DNA from: Octopus vulgaris
Taxonomy: Eukaryota
DNA: 64,000 nucleotides
Direction of reading: 5' to 3'
NCBI GenBank assembly: GCA_951406725.2
Contig: OX597830.1
Span: 66,340,001 to 66,404,000 of the forward strand
Both the position numbers and the translations under genes were made by a program. This document shows positions 40,751 through 53,685 of this stretch, in pieces (positions within the stretch are counted from its first letter, which is position 1; every line of letters starts with the position of its first letter). The notes beneath the pieces are model-generated. The model saw only the letters and a list, made by a program, of their open reading frames with translations, had not been told where the DNA came from and searched no databases.

Positions 40751-40953
40751 CATCATCATCATCATCATCATCATCATCGTTTAACGTCCGCTTTCCATGC
40801 TAGCATGGGTTGGACGGTTCTACTGGGGTCTGTGAAGCCAGAAGGCTTCATCAGGCCCAGTCAAATCTGGCAGTGTTTCTACGGCTGGATGCCCTTCCTA
40901 ACGCCAACCACTCCGTGAGTGTAGTGGGTGCTTTTACGTGCCACCCGCACTGG

Positions 40954-40957
<4 letters not shown>
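40751..40957 (-). mobile_element. Repeat family D copy
   Basis: (CAT)n cgtttaacgtccgc... motif. Confidence 0.8.
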
Positions 40958-41037
<80 letters not shown>

Positions 41038-41429
41038 GTAAATGTCAGATGATAAAAATGAGTGCTGAACACCGAATTGGTGGATAGAATTTCTTTATTT
41101 GTATATTAAGGCTACCACTGGTTTCATGTTTAGAAAAATATCTTAATATCATAACAAATTTTCAAGCCGACCACATGGAGTTCATCTCAATTTCAGATAT
41201 ATATATCTTTTAGCTTTATCTTTTATTTGTTTTAGTAATTTGACCGTAGCTGTGCTGGGGTACCACCCTGAAGTGTGTTAGTCAAACAAATCGATCTTAG
41301 GCCTTATGTTTTTTGAAGCCTAGTACTTATTCTATTGGCCTCTTTTTCCAAACTAGTAAGTTATGGGGACATAAATACACTGATTGTTAATTGGTGGTGG
41401 GGGACAAACACAGACACAAGTACATAAAC

Positions 41430-41470
<41 letters not shown>

Positions 41471-43384
41471 TTATGAGAGGTAATTGTGTCATTGAGACCC
41501 AAGTTGTCAGGTAATGTTGAATAAGTGCTATACCTGCAGTCCATCTATCTATCTATCTATCTATCTATATATATATATATATATATATGGTGGACTTCTC
41601 TCAGTTTCTGTCTATCAAATCTGCTCACAAGGTTTTGGTCAACCCAAAGAAGACACTTTCCCTAGGTGCTACACAGTAGGAATGAACCCAGAACCATGTG
41701 GGTTGAGAAGGAAGCTTCTTACCACACAGTTTCCGTGTACCAAATTCTCTAAGAAGACTTCGGTTGGCCCAGAGCTATAGTAAAAGACACTTACTTGCTC
41801 AAGGTGCCATACAGTGGGACTGAACCCGAAACCATGTGGTTGCGAAGCAACCCTCATAACTACACAGCCATGCCTGTGCCTAAATTGTAGCTTGCTCCTG
41901 TTTAGTGACTGATGTACTGATATAACATCACATGATTAAATTTTGTGCTGAAATTGCAATTAATGTAGTGAATTTTGTAGACCTATCCAACCCACACTTA
42001 CTCAAAACAAATTTTCTTTTTCAAATGTTAGGACAAAATTTACAGACACTGAATCCTAGATTCACAGGAGAAACGACATGCAATTATGATATTTTTTTTT
42101 GTATTCCTTCTCGAAGATATTAGTGAAATGAAACGACTTCATCCACAAAATGAAAATGTTTAGTAATTATATTTCCTCTATTGCTGTCACAAAAATTAAA
42201 ATTGATACTTTTTTTTCTGTTTTTCAACTAAGGACAAAACCAATATTTTGAGGGATAAAAATTCATAAAATTAGTTCATGTACCATGAAGAGGGGTGGGT
42301 TTTGGTATTTTATGCTGGGCCTTTCTTCAAAGAAATTAGAAATGTATTGGAAAGCTGTTAATTAAATTCAGTACGGGAACTTTATTTTAATACACAAAAT
42401 TTTATTAAATTTCTTCTTCTTATTTTTTTTTTTGCTGCTGTTGATACAAACAATCTTTAGTTCTTTTGGGCTCCAGATTTTCCTTTTTTTAATTTTTTTT
42501 TTTGTTAGGAAAATTCATTGAATTGGTGAGTCACACTGATAATCTAAAGATTGGCAGGCAAAATATTTGAACACAGCAGTGAAGCAGTAAATTCATTAAA
42601 CCTCATTCTCAGCATTGGCGCATATCTCCATTAGTGTTGAAGTTAGATACACTATGGCTGAAAAATGATTTGTTTTTGTTTTATTATTTCGGTACAAAGC
42701 CAGCAATTATTGAGGCAGAGGTTCAGTTTGATTACACCTGCCCCATTACTTGACTGATACTATATTTTACTGACTCAAAAAATGTGAAAGGCAAAGTTGA
42801 CCGTGGCAGGATTTGAACTCACAGCATAGAATGTCAGAAGAAATGGTACCTGTGATTCTGCCACCTCACTAACTTGAAAAATAGTACTTGATGTTCATGA
42901 CTGGAGTGCCTTTGATTAGCACTAACCCGGGGTTAAATAACTGCAACAACAACAACAACAATGCCTGACTTAGAATTGAAATCATAGAGCAATTGAAGGC
43001 AATTCTTGAAAGGTTCAAATGGAACCAAAAGAACCAGAATTATCTTTGGCCAAGCTGTCAAAGTACAGCATGTCTTACAACAGACCAGACTCTAAACCAG
43101 TGGTTCTGAACCATTTTTTATCTATGGACCCCTTTAATTCCTATTCTGTTCAGTTGGATCCTCATTACCTTCCAATGTTTTAACCCTTTAGTATGCTTTT
43201 TTTATTCACGTTTTGTAATTTTGAGAGTTTGTACAAAGTAACTGTTAATTTTTAGAATGATAGTGTAGGGTTGGTGTGAGAGGCCTGACCTGACTAGTTT
43301 GAAAATAAAACAGGTAGAATATTTTGGCTGGATATGGCCGGTTTGAATGCTGAAGGATTAAAACTTCTGTTATTATATTTCCAT

Positions 43385-43552
43385 AGAGGCACAGGGGTGG
43401 CTGTGTGGTAAGTAGCTTGCTTACCAACCACATGGTTCTGTGGTCATTCCCACTGCGTGGCACCTTGGGCAAGTGTCTTCTACTATAGCCTCGGGCTGAC
43501 CAAAGCCTCGTGAGTGGATTTGGTAGACGGAAACTGAAAGAAGCCTGTCATA

Positions 43553-43601
<49 letters not shown>

Positions 43602-43823
43602 GTGTATATGTTTGTGTGTCTGTGTTTGTCCCCCCCAACATCACTTGACAACCGATGGTGGTGTGTTTATGTCCCTGTAACTTAGCGGTTCAGCAAAAGA
43701 GATCGATAGAATAAGTACTAGGCTTCCAAAGAATAAGTCCTGGGGTCGATTTGCTCGACTAAAGGCGGTGCTCCAGCATGGCTGCAGTCAAATGACTGAA
43801 ACAAGTAAAAGAGTAAAAGAGAG
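43385..43823 (+). mobile_element. SINE family A, full length
   Basis: Family A sequence. Confidence 0.93.
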
Positions 43824-44684
43824 AATTAGATATTATTAGGAATTATATAAAAATTTGTTAGAATATTTTGTGTATTGTAGAAGTATAATTGATTTATTAC
43901 ACATAAATTTTAACAACAAAATTTTAAAGGCCCCCCTCCCTGAACATATGGACCCTAATTGCTCTAAATTATCTGTCGGGTTTCCCAACATAACATTTTA
44001 TTGTTGCCTTGCATTCAGCTTCCTTCTGATGTCTTTGATAGCCAAATCTCCTGACTTGAGTGTATTTCAGTTCCTGATAGGTGAAAATAATAATAGACAG
44101 AAACGGAGTGAATTAAAAGAGAATGGATGGGGGTTGTCTGAAAGCATAATGGAACCACAGTACTAAAACAGCATGTACCACTTCCATTCTGAATGATATA
44201 TTTTGGTACTCACCAAATAGAGAGAACTTCCATATTTGGGTGTATATAAAAGTATGGTTTTTATGAAGTGAAGTGAAATATAAAGCAATATATAAATATT
44301 GATTAAAAATCATTATTTTTTTTTTATCATTTCAGAATAGAAATAATTATTTTTGCTGTCAGGTTTTATTTATTTATTTATCTATTATTACTTGTTATTT
44401 TTTTATTTCATTCATTTATTTATTTTTTGCTTTTATTAATGGCCTGCCATTTTTATTCCGGTTCTTATTTATCTGAGTAGAGCTGCTTAAGAGATCTAGG
44501 GTGGGACAGTTGAATACTGTTATAGGATTATATAATGTTTGTTGGTCCTATTTTAAGTATTTATTATATTAGATCATGTAGCTATATTGATTAAATTATT
44601 TTCCATTATTAAGCACTGTCACACGCTATATCTTATTCTAGATAAAGCGGTTAAAACAGCCCACTATTTCAATTTCCACAATAC

Positions 44685-44715
<31 letters not shown>

Positions 44716-44730
44716 CATACACACACACAC

Positions 44731-44785
<55 letters not shown>

Positions 44786-45144
44786 TCTATTCTTCGTTTT
44801 CTCCCACGTCTTTTCTTCTAATATATATTTGGAACAATAATTCCAAATGGTGCCTGGACAGAGTTATATTTATTTATTCATTTATTAAAAATATATATAT
44901 ATATATAGTACCTCCCCCCCTACTACCACCGCCACCGCCACCATTCTCATTATTACACAAGTTTAGAACATAAAAATAAAAATAGTGCTTTCGGAATATT
45001 AAACAGAGCTTAATTGACTGGTTGTGTTAGTTGACTAAAAATATCAGGTGTTATTATGTATAAATGATGTATGCTGACATTTCCAGAACTTTTTATTTAT
45101 TACTTTTATTAAGACTTCAGCAATAATGGTTTGTTGTTGCTGTT

Positions 45145-45183
<39 letters not shown>

Positions 45184-45347
45184 ATAATAATAATAGTAAT
45201 AATAATAATAATAATTAATTCTTTTATTGGCCACAAGGGCTGACAAAAATTAATTATAACAAAAAGGGACAAAACAGGATGAAAGGTTACAAAGGGTTTT
45301 GTCCGTTTGTAAAAAAACCATGTAAAAACAGTGTAACAATAATAATG

Positions 45348-45388
<41 letters not shown>

Positions 45389-46045
45389 TAATAATAGGCA
45401 TAGGCATGGATGTGTGGTAAGAAGTTTGCTTCCCAACCACATGGTCCTGGGTTCAGTCCCACTGCATGGCACCTTGGGCAGGTGTCTTTTCCTATATCCT
45501 ACTGCTGACCGAAAGCTTGTTAGCGGATTACAACTGTTGTTGTGAAAAGGAGAAGTTGTCCTCCTGTGAGGTACACAACAGCAATTAACATATTCAGTGT
45601 TTGAATCCGTCAGAATGATTTAAGAAGGAATATGCAAGTCACCACTTCAGATCTCGCCATATTCAGTGCAGAAAAACGATTTTTTGACATTTGTATAGAT
45701 ATATTAATACATTTGTATAGATAAGTTCAAATGGCATTTTCATTTCATAAGCTCCGCTTTCTATATTTAGTATTGTTGTGTTTGGAGATTGTGTCAACTC
45801 AATTATCCATTTTCACCTGTATTGTTTATTTTGAAAAAACTTGACTTTTATACTTTAAAAAATACCAAAAAAAAAAAAAAAAAGAGCCAAATGACATGTC
45901 AGAACATCAGCAGCAGCTTTCAACAAGTTGATGAATCAGATCACAACAACACATATAACCCATGCTAATATGGAAAGTGGACATAAAAATGCTGTTACTG
46001 TTGCTACTGGTGGTGTTATTCATAGGTACATATTATTTACATATA

Positions 46046-46046
<1 letters not shown>

Positions 46047-46118
<72 letters not shown>

Positions 46119-46485
46119 GTTTAACGTCCGTTTTCCATGCTAGCACGGGCTGGACGGTTCGACCGGGGTTTGGGAAGCCAGGAGGCTGCACCAAGCTCCA
46201 GTCTTGATCTGGCAGTGTTTCTACGGCTGGATGCCTTTCCAAACTCCAACCACTCCATGAGTGTAGAGGGTGCTTTTTACGTGCCACCGGCACAGGGGCT
46301 AGAGGAGACTGGCAATGGCCATGATCAGTTGGTGCTTTTTACGTGCCACCGGCACAGGGGCCAGAGGAGACTGGCAATGGCCATGATCAGTTGGTGCTTT
46401 TTATGTGCCACCGGCAAGGACGCCTGTCAAGGCAGCTCTAGCATCGGCCACGTTTGGATGGTGTTTTTATGTGCCACCAGCACCT
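46047..46485 (-). mobile_element. Repeat family D copy with duplicated ~62-bp internal unit
   Basis: ggtgctttttacgtgccaccggcacagggg..agaggagactggcaatggccatgatcagtt occurs twice. Confidence 0.8.
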
Positions 46486-46585
46486 ACCTCCATATATATA
46501 TATATATATCATCATCATCATCATTATTGTCGTTTAATGTATACATATATGTATATATATATGTATATATATGTATATATATGTG

Positions 46586-46657
<72 letters not shown>

Positions 46658-47149
46658 TGTATACATGCACACACACACACATGCGCACACTCACATTCAC
46701 ACACACACACACACATATATAGTTAAAAAAAGTAAATAAACTTGCAAAAGGGCACAGAATTATATTGTAGCAAATTTTTGATAAAATATTACCAGTTTCA
46801 ATGTATCCATCTTATCAAATATTACAAATATTAGAAAGAATTCTTTTGGGAATCAGAGAAAAAAAGACATTTTTTGTGTGTGTGTGTGTGTGTGTGGGGG
46901 GGTTAACAGTTTGTATCCAAATTTCAGTCCTACATATATATATAGATATATATCTACGTATATATATATATTCTTCGACCATGTAACAACACCTGTGCTT
47001 TTCCTTGCACTGTCTGTTCCTTCCTCTTTTCCTCCTCTCTGGACTTTTTCCTCTTTCAGATGAAGAGCAACACTCGAAATATCATTCCACTCCTATTTTC
47101 CATCTAAAACTTTCACTGAGTGTCTTGTCTTTTCCTGTTTATTTATGAT

Positions 47150-47182
<33 letters not shown>

Positions 47183-47183
47183 C

Positions 47184-47231
<48 letters not shown>

Positions 47232-47491
47232 TTGATTTTTGATATTTGTGTGGCATCGTCTGTTTTCTGTCCTTGCTTCATATACATTCGATCCTTTTTC
47301 CAAGAAATCTAATGCTCGTAGCTTAGTTTTTCCTTGGGGCTGGCCGGATCGGAGCGATCTCAAGATTAACCAGCCGAAATTGCTACGATGATCCGGTTCT
47401 TGATTAAAGATTGTGGGCTTCGAATGTCCCGTTCGTGTTTTTTGTATCGTCTTCTAAGTGTTTTGCGTTCTCGTCCCAGTTTGTATTTTTC

Positions 47492-47526
<35 letters not shown>

Positions 47527-47663
47527 GAGGAAAAATTAAGTTCAAAAAGAACAATTTAAACTTATTGAGAGATCCCAAAAGAGAGAAAAATAAATGATTT
47601 CTAATAAAGATTCACCATATTCATAAAAATCAGCCAGAGTAAGTAATAAGAATAGGAAAATAA

Positions 47664-47778
<115 letters not shown>

Positions 47779-47852
47779 ATATATATACACACACACACAC
47801 ATATACATATATACACACACATATCTCTCTCTCTCTCTCTCTGCATATATAT

Positions 47853-47897
<45 letters not shown>

Positions 47898-48053
47898 ATA
47901 TATATATTTATATATATATAACTGAAAGGATTAAATAAGAAAGGTGCATAGTTTAACATTAAAAAAGATTTTAATAGTAACACAACAAAGGTACAAATGG
48001 AAAATATGTGTGTATATATGTATATGTATATATATATATGTATGTACATATAC

Positions 48054-48086
<33 letters not shown>

Positions 48087-48291
48087 AATATATATATATT
48101 TATATATATATATAAATGTATATATATATATAAATGTATATATATATATAATTATTGGCATTAGGAAGGGCATCCAGCCGTAGAAACACTGCCAGATCAG
48201 ACTGGGCCTGATGCAGCCTTCTGGCTTCATAGACCCCAGTTGAACCGTCCAACCCATGCTAGCATGGAAAGCGGATGCTAAATGATGATGA

Positions 48292-48351
<60 letters not shown>

Positions 48352-48709
48352 GAATGTATATATATATATATACATGAGATGGAACATTGCTAATTCCTCA
48401 TGAGATATTCAAAAAAATCTTTACAGTTTCATGCCTGTGAATGGTAGGGTTATGAGTTTGATTACCATTGGTGTTTTGTGTCCTTGAGCAAGACACTTTA
48501 TTTCACTGTTCCCTATTCAGTCCATTCAGCTGTCAAAAATGAGTTACACCTGTAATTTAATAGAGCCAGCTTTGTCACCTTGTCTCGCTTTGAATATCTT
48601 AGAGAACTACATTAAAGGTACTTGGGTCTGTGGAGTGCTCAGCCACTTGCTTGTTTATTTCATAAGCTAATCAACTGGAACCCTTGTCATCATAACTGTC
48701 GGACCGCCA

Positions 48710-48744
<35 letters not shown>

Positions 48745-48745
<1 letters not shown>

Positions 48746-49125
48746 TAGCAGTATCACCTGGCGTTGTTTGGGTTTGTTTCGACCCTTTAGAATTGGAATT
48801 TTAGAAAAGTAAAAATTTTGCATTATGTACCTTGTTATTCTCTTTAAGTGAACATTTTTCTGGTTGAAATACACTGAAAAATGGTGACACAGCAGTCAAA
48901 AAATCGTAAAAAGTAGGGATTTTCATAGAAAAAAAGCACCTTTTTGATGTAAATAATTTTTGGTGTTAACATGGTCCGATTTGAATTTTTTTCTTCTACG
49001 GAAGGAAGAGCAAGCCTTCTATCATTTTGGTCAACATGCGCCGCACGGTCTCAGAGGAGATAGTGTTAGTTGAAGGCTACCAAACCTGCCACACACACAG
49101 ACAACTTCAGCTTTATATGTATAGA
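48745..49125 (-). mobile_element. Non-autonomous Helitron
   Basis: A|TC start and CTAG|T end on the minus strand; ends homologous to 2688-3083 with a different interior. Confidence 0.75.
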
Positions 49126-49812
49126 TTTATTGTTTTCTTGTGCAATTATATATATGTAAGAGCCGAACATTAAATTGAAATGTCATGCAGTACATTCTTT
49201 TGGCAGAGTACTATACACACACACATATTTTGTGTGGGTGTGTGAAAGAAAGAGAGAGAGAGAGTGTGTGTGAGTCAAGTTTTATTATTCTAGCATGCAA
49301 GAGAACAGCTGCTGCTTGTTCCTTCTTGAGCCATGCCTGGCTCATAAGGGCTGGTTTCCCAGTTTCGTTGGTGTATAGGTTTCCCACCTGGACAGGATGC
49401 CGGTCCATCACAGGTGAGCTGCTAGATGCAGGAGGAAAGAGTGAGAGAAAGTTGTGGCGAAAGATTCAGCAGAAGTTCGCCATTACCTTCTGCCGGAGCT
49501 GCATGGAGCTTAGGTGTTTCACTCATAAACTTAGGTGTTTCGCTCATCGCCTGGTCTGAGATTTGAGCCCGAGATTTGAGCCCGAGATTTGAGCCCACGA
49601 TCCCTTTCTAACCACTAGGCCATATGCTTCCACTCAAGAATAAAATTAATATGTCATATCACCTCATTGGCAAGGTACCTAGTAAGGTACTGACAATGTA
49701 CCAAAGTATGATTCCTAGATATATCTAAGCTCATATCCTACTTTCTTCAAGTTCTTCATTAAGGTGCTAAGCACTGTGTCCACAACAACGAGGGACAATG
49801 ACAGGACATCAT

Positions 49813-50218
49813 TTACTCTTTTACTTGTTTCAGTCATTTGACTGTGGCCATGCTGGAGCACCGCCTTTAGTCGAGCAAATCGACCCCAGGACTTATTCTT
49901 TGTAAGCCTAGTACTTATTCTATCGGTCTTTTTGCCGAACTGCTAAGTTATGGGGATGTAAACACACCAGCATATGGTTGTCAAGTGATGTTGGCGGGGG
50001 GGACAAACACAGACACACAAACATATACACGCACATACATATATATACATATATACGATGGGCTTCTTTCAGTTTCCATCTACCAAATCCACTCACAAGG
50101 CTTTGGTCGGCCCGAGACTATAGTAGAAGACACTTGTCCAATGTGCCACGCAGTAGGACTGAACCCGGAACCACTTGATTTGTAAGGAAGCTACTTACCA
50201 CACAGCCACTCCTACGCT
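49813..50218 (-). mobile_element. SINE family A, full length
   Basis: Family A sequence. Confidence 0.93.
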
Positions 50219-51645
50219 TATTTATCAACGTTTTAGATACTTGTGTAGAATCATGTTGATTTAACTATCCAAAATGTAATACATACATTTTCAACACGGA
50301 TATAATCTATTGCTAGTTTTAGAAATTATTCTTTGTATTGCAGGTAAGGAAAGCATATGCCCTAGTGCTTAGGGTGTTGGTCTCGTGACTAAGATTGTGG
50401 TTTCAATTCCTGGACCGGGCAGTGTGTTGTGTTTAACCTCATTCTATGTTATTTTTGTCCGTTCAGGTATAAATGAGTTTTCAGCCTTTTTGTAGAGAAC
50501 TTAACCCTGTCCTGTGATGGACTGGCATTTCATTGTAATCTCAGTCATTTATATGCCACTGAAGCCAGTTTTGGTTCTGGTCAAACAAGTCCTGATGATG
50601 CTCAAGACTCACCAAAGTCTAAGTTCCAGGCACTGGCTACATGTCATTCTTTGATATTGCAACCGGCACGAAAGAGAACTCGGCTTCATTTCTGCTTAAC
50701 CCCGAGTCTGACATCCTTTCGAACAAAGAAGCATGGTGTTTGGTATTTATTTATTTATTATGCATTATTAAAGTTGCATGTGACAGTTACTATAAAACAA
50801 CAAAGGTCTGATTTGATTTTCATTCAAATATTTTAATTGTTGTTATTGAAATACGGACTTGTGTAATTATTTAGAATAACGATATGCATTTGTGGTTTGG
50901 CAAAACAAAGACCCCCCACTCTGTTTCAATTCTCTATATTTACAAACAAAATGTTTTTCTCTATTATGTCTAATGTATTCGTTACAGTCAGTTAATTATT
51001 CTGATGTAAATCAGTTATTTTTAGTTGAATTTGTTTTTCCCCAAGCTAAATTAAGACCTTATTTATTCAATTTCCAAGCAGTACTTTGTTTTCTGCGGTC
51101 TTAATACCCTCTATAGAAACACATTTTAATTACAGTTTGGTGAATAAGTGAAAAAAAACCAACCAACAAACAAACAAACAAACCCCCCCCAAAAAAAAAA
51201 CCATGAAACAAAAGCAACCAGAAAACACTACAAAATTTGCAACAGCATAAAATTGCGTAAAGAATATTCTTTCATAGAAACACATTTGGAGTAAAATTGA
51301 TATTAAAAATATATTTTTTCTTAATTAATTTTTTTTTTTCTTCTCTGCAATGCTTTTATCATTTTCAATATTTTTTTAAAATTCAGAACGATGATATCCA
51401 ATGTTACAAATCTCAACTTGCAAATGAAATTGATAATCTTCCTTCAATCAGATTTTCATATTCTGTGAAATGATAAAAACTTCAGTATCAGACCCCTTAT
51501 TATTATTATAATTATTATTATTATCATCATCATCATCATCATAACCACCACCACCACCACCACCACCACCACCACCACCATCACCATCATCATCGTTATC
51601 ATCATCATCATCATCATCACCACCATCATCACCTCTACCATCATC

Positions 51646-51676
<31 letters not shown>

Positions 51677-51772
51677 CCATCACCACCACCATCATCATCA
51701 TCATCACCATCACCATCATCATCATCATCATCATCATCACCATCACCATCATCATCATCAAATCACCACCAC

Positions 51773-51826
<54 letters not shown>

Positions 51827-51856
51827 TGTTATTATTATTATTGTTGTTGTTGTTAT

Positions 51857-52318
51857 TTGACATTTGATAGTTTTAGGCAAATTTCTGCTGCATCACCTGC
51901 TACACCTCCTGCGTTGCCGAGGTGTCGTCCAGCGTTGTGTGTTCTTTTATTTTTCTGTTGTCTGAAGAGTGAAAACTCTTCCCAGCATCAGTTTTTGTGT
52001 TGTCATGGGGGTTTGGCTGCAGTCTTTTGTTGTATCAGTGTATGTAAGTTGTATTGTGTATTGTGTATTGTTGTGAGTTGTATTTGTTGGGTTTGCCAAC
52101 CTGTAGAATATACAAGTTGTGGAGGTTGTTTATTTCATTGGTTATTTAGTGTATAGAGTCTGTCTTGTGTTAGTGGATTGTTTTATTTGAGTTGTACTAT
52201 TGAACTGGTAGTGTCTTCTTGCACAGGATGTGGGTTGTTCCTAGCAGGGATATTTTTTGGATAGTGTATAGTGTTGAGGGTCCAAGTATAGCTTCTATGT
52301 TTTTGTTCATACATTTTT
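51857..52318 (-). pseudogene. 3' fragment of an R4/Dong-like LINE (subfamily 4) with ~340-bp 3'UTR
   Basis: Minus-strand translation KCMNKNIEAILGPSTLYTIQKISLLGTTHILCKKTLPVQ* is homologous to QKIVLMGTAHILRK; flanked by (TAA/CAA)n. Confidence 0.8.
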
Positions 52319-52343
52319 ATCATTATCATTATTATTATTATTA

Positions 52344-52413
<70 letters not shown>

Positions 52414-52439
52414 CATCATCATCATCATTATCACCATCA

Positions 52440-52470
<31 letters not shown>

Positions 52471-52478
52471 CATCATCA

Positions 52479-52659
<181 letters not shown>

Positions 52660-52872
52660 TCTATGTTTGACTTTTGCTTTATATTTGTACAAGTTGGCTC
52701 CAAGTCTCACCCAGAGACCTCAAGAGACAACAGGGTTGGAAGTTCATGTTGTTGTTATGCCTAGTGTGCCATATATTTGGGGGGTGGGGATGTTGTACTA
52801 ATGAATGTCTAAAAAAAAAAAAGGTTTTTTTTTTTTTTAAACCGAAAATTATGTTTGTTTTAAACCTTGAGA

Positions 52873-53685
52873 TTATATAGAAAGTATTTTGCGTAGGATA
52901 TGAGCAGTTCCCATGAGCACTATCTTTTGAACTTCTGCCATTTTTGGGTTTCCTGGTATCTGAGTTAGGTAGCTATCAGCCCCTTTTGCTATCATTCCCA
53001 GGGCACCTATGACAACAGGTATTGTTTTAGTCTTCAGCTTCCACATTTTGCTGATTTCTATTTCAAGATCTTTATATTTGCTCAGTTTTTGGTAGGTCTT
53101 GACAGATACGTTTATATCGATTGGGACAGTCATATCAATGAGGAGGCATGTTCTTTGTTTGAAGTCTTTCAATATGATGTCTGGCCTATTTGCATCTATC
53201 TTCCTGTCAGTTTGAATGGTGAAGTTCCAGAGGAGTGAGATGTGGTCATTTTCAAGCACTGGGGGTGGTTTGTGTTCCCACCAGTTTTTTTCATGGGGCA
53301 AATCCAGGTTTTTACAGATTACCCAGTGAATATATTGTGCAGCTCTATCGTGCCTGTTGAGATACTCTGTAGGCGCTAGAAGACTGCACTTGGAGACCAC
53401 ATGGTCAATGGTTTCATTTTGTTGCTTGCATACACAACACGTTGGACTGCTTCTGATCTTTAATATGTTGGCCTGGTAGTTTCTTGTTGGTAGGCATTGA
53501 TCTTGAGCTGCTATGATAAACCCCTCTGTTTCAGATTTTAAGCCAGAGGCCATTAGCCATTGATGGGTCAGGGCTTTGTCGATATCTGCATTATTCGCTC
53601 TCTTTGGGTATTTGCCATAGAGAGGTTTTTCTTGCCATTTATTATTCAGAATATCTAAGGCTGCAGTTTTGGCATGGGTTTTCAT
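52873..53685 (-). CDS. C-terminal part of the LINE ORF: CCHC zinc knuckle plus PD-(D/E)xK restriction-like endonuclease
   Basis: CVCKQQNETIDHVVSKC, RHD, RPDII..LLIDMTVP, KLSKY; continues the RT ORF across a frameshift near 53690-53710. Confidence 0.92.
   Translation of the reverse strand: MKTHAKTAALDILNNKWQEKPLYGKYPKRANNADIDKALTHQWLMASGLKSETEGFIIAAQDQCLPTRNYQANILKIRSSPTCCVCKQQNETIDHVVSKCSLLAPTEYLNRHDRAAQYIHWVICKNLDLPHEKNWWEHKPPPVLENDHISLLWNFTIQTDRKIDANRPDIILKDFKQRTCLLIDMTVPIDINVSVKTYQKLSKYKDLEIEISKMWKLKTKTIPVVIGALGMIAKGADSYLTQIPGNPKMAEVQKIVLMGTAHILRKILSI

Noticed and set aside
50630-50810. Short protein-like frame GYMSFFDIATGTKENS...
   Set aside because: Under 60 aa with weak splice signals and no recognisable family.
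51962-51985. ctgaagagtgaaaactc as a hammerhead
   Set aside because: It is only a gaagagt/actcttc stem-loop in a LINE 3'UTR, with no stem I or III.
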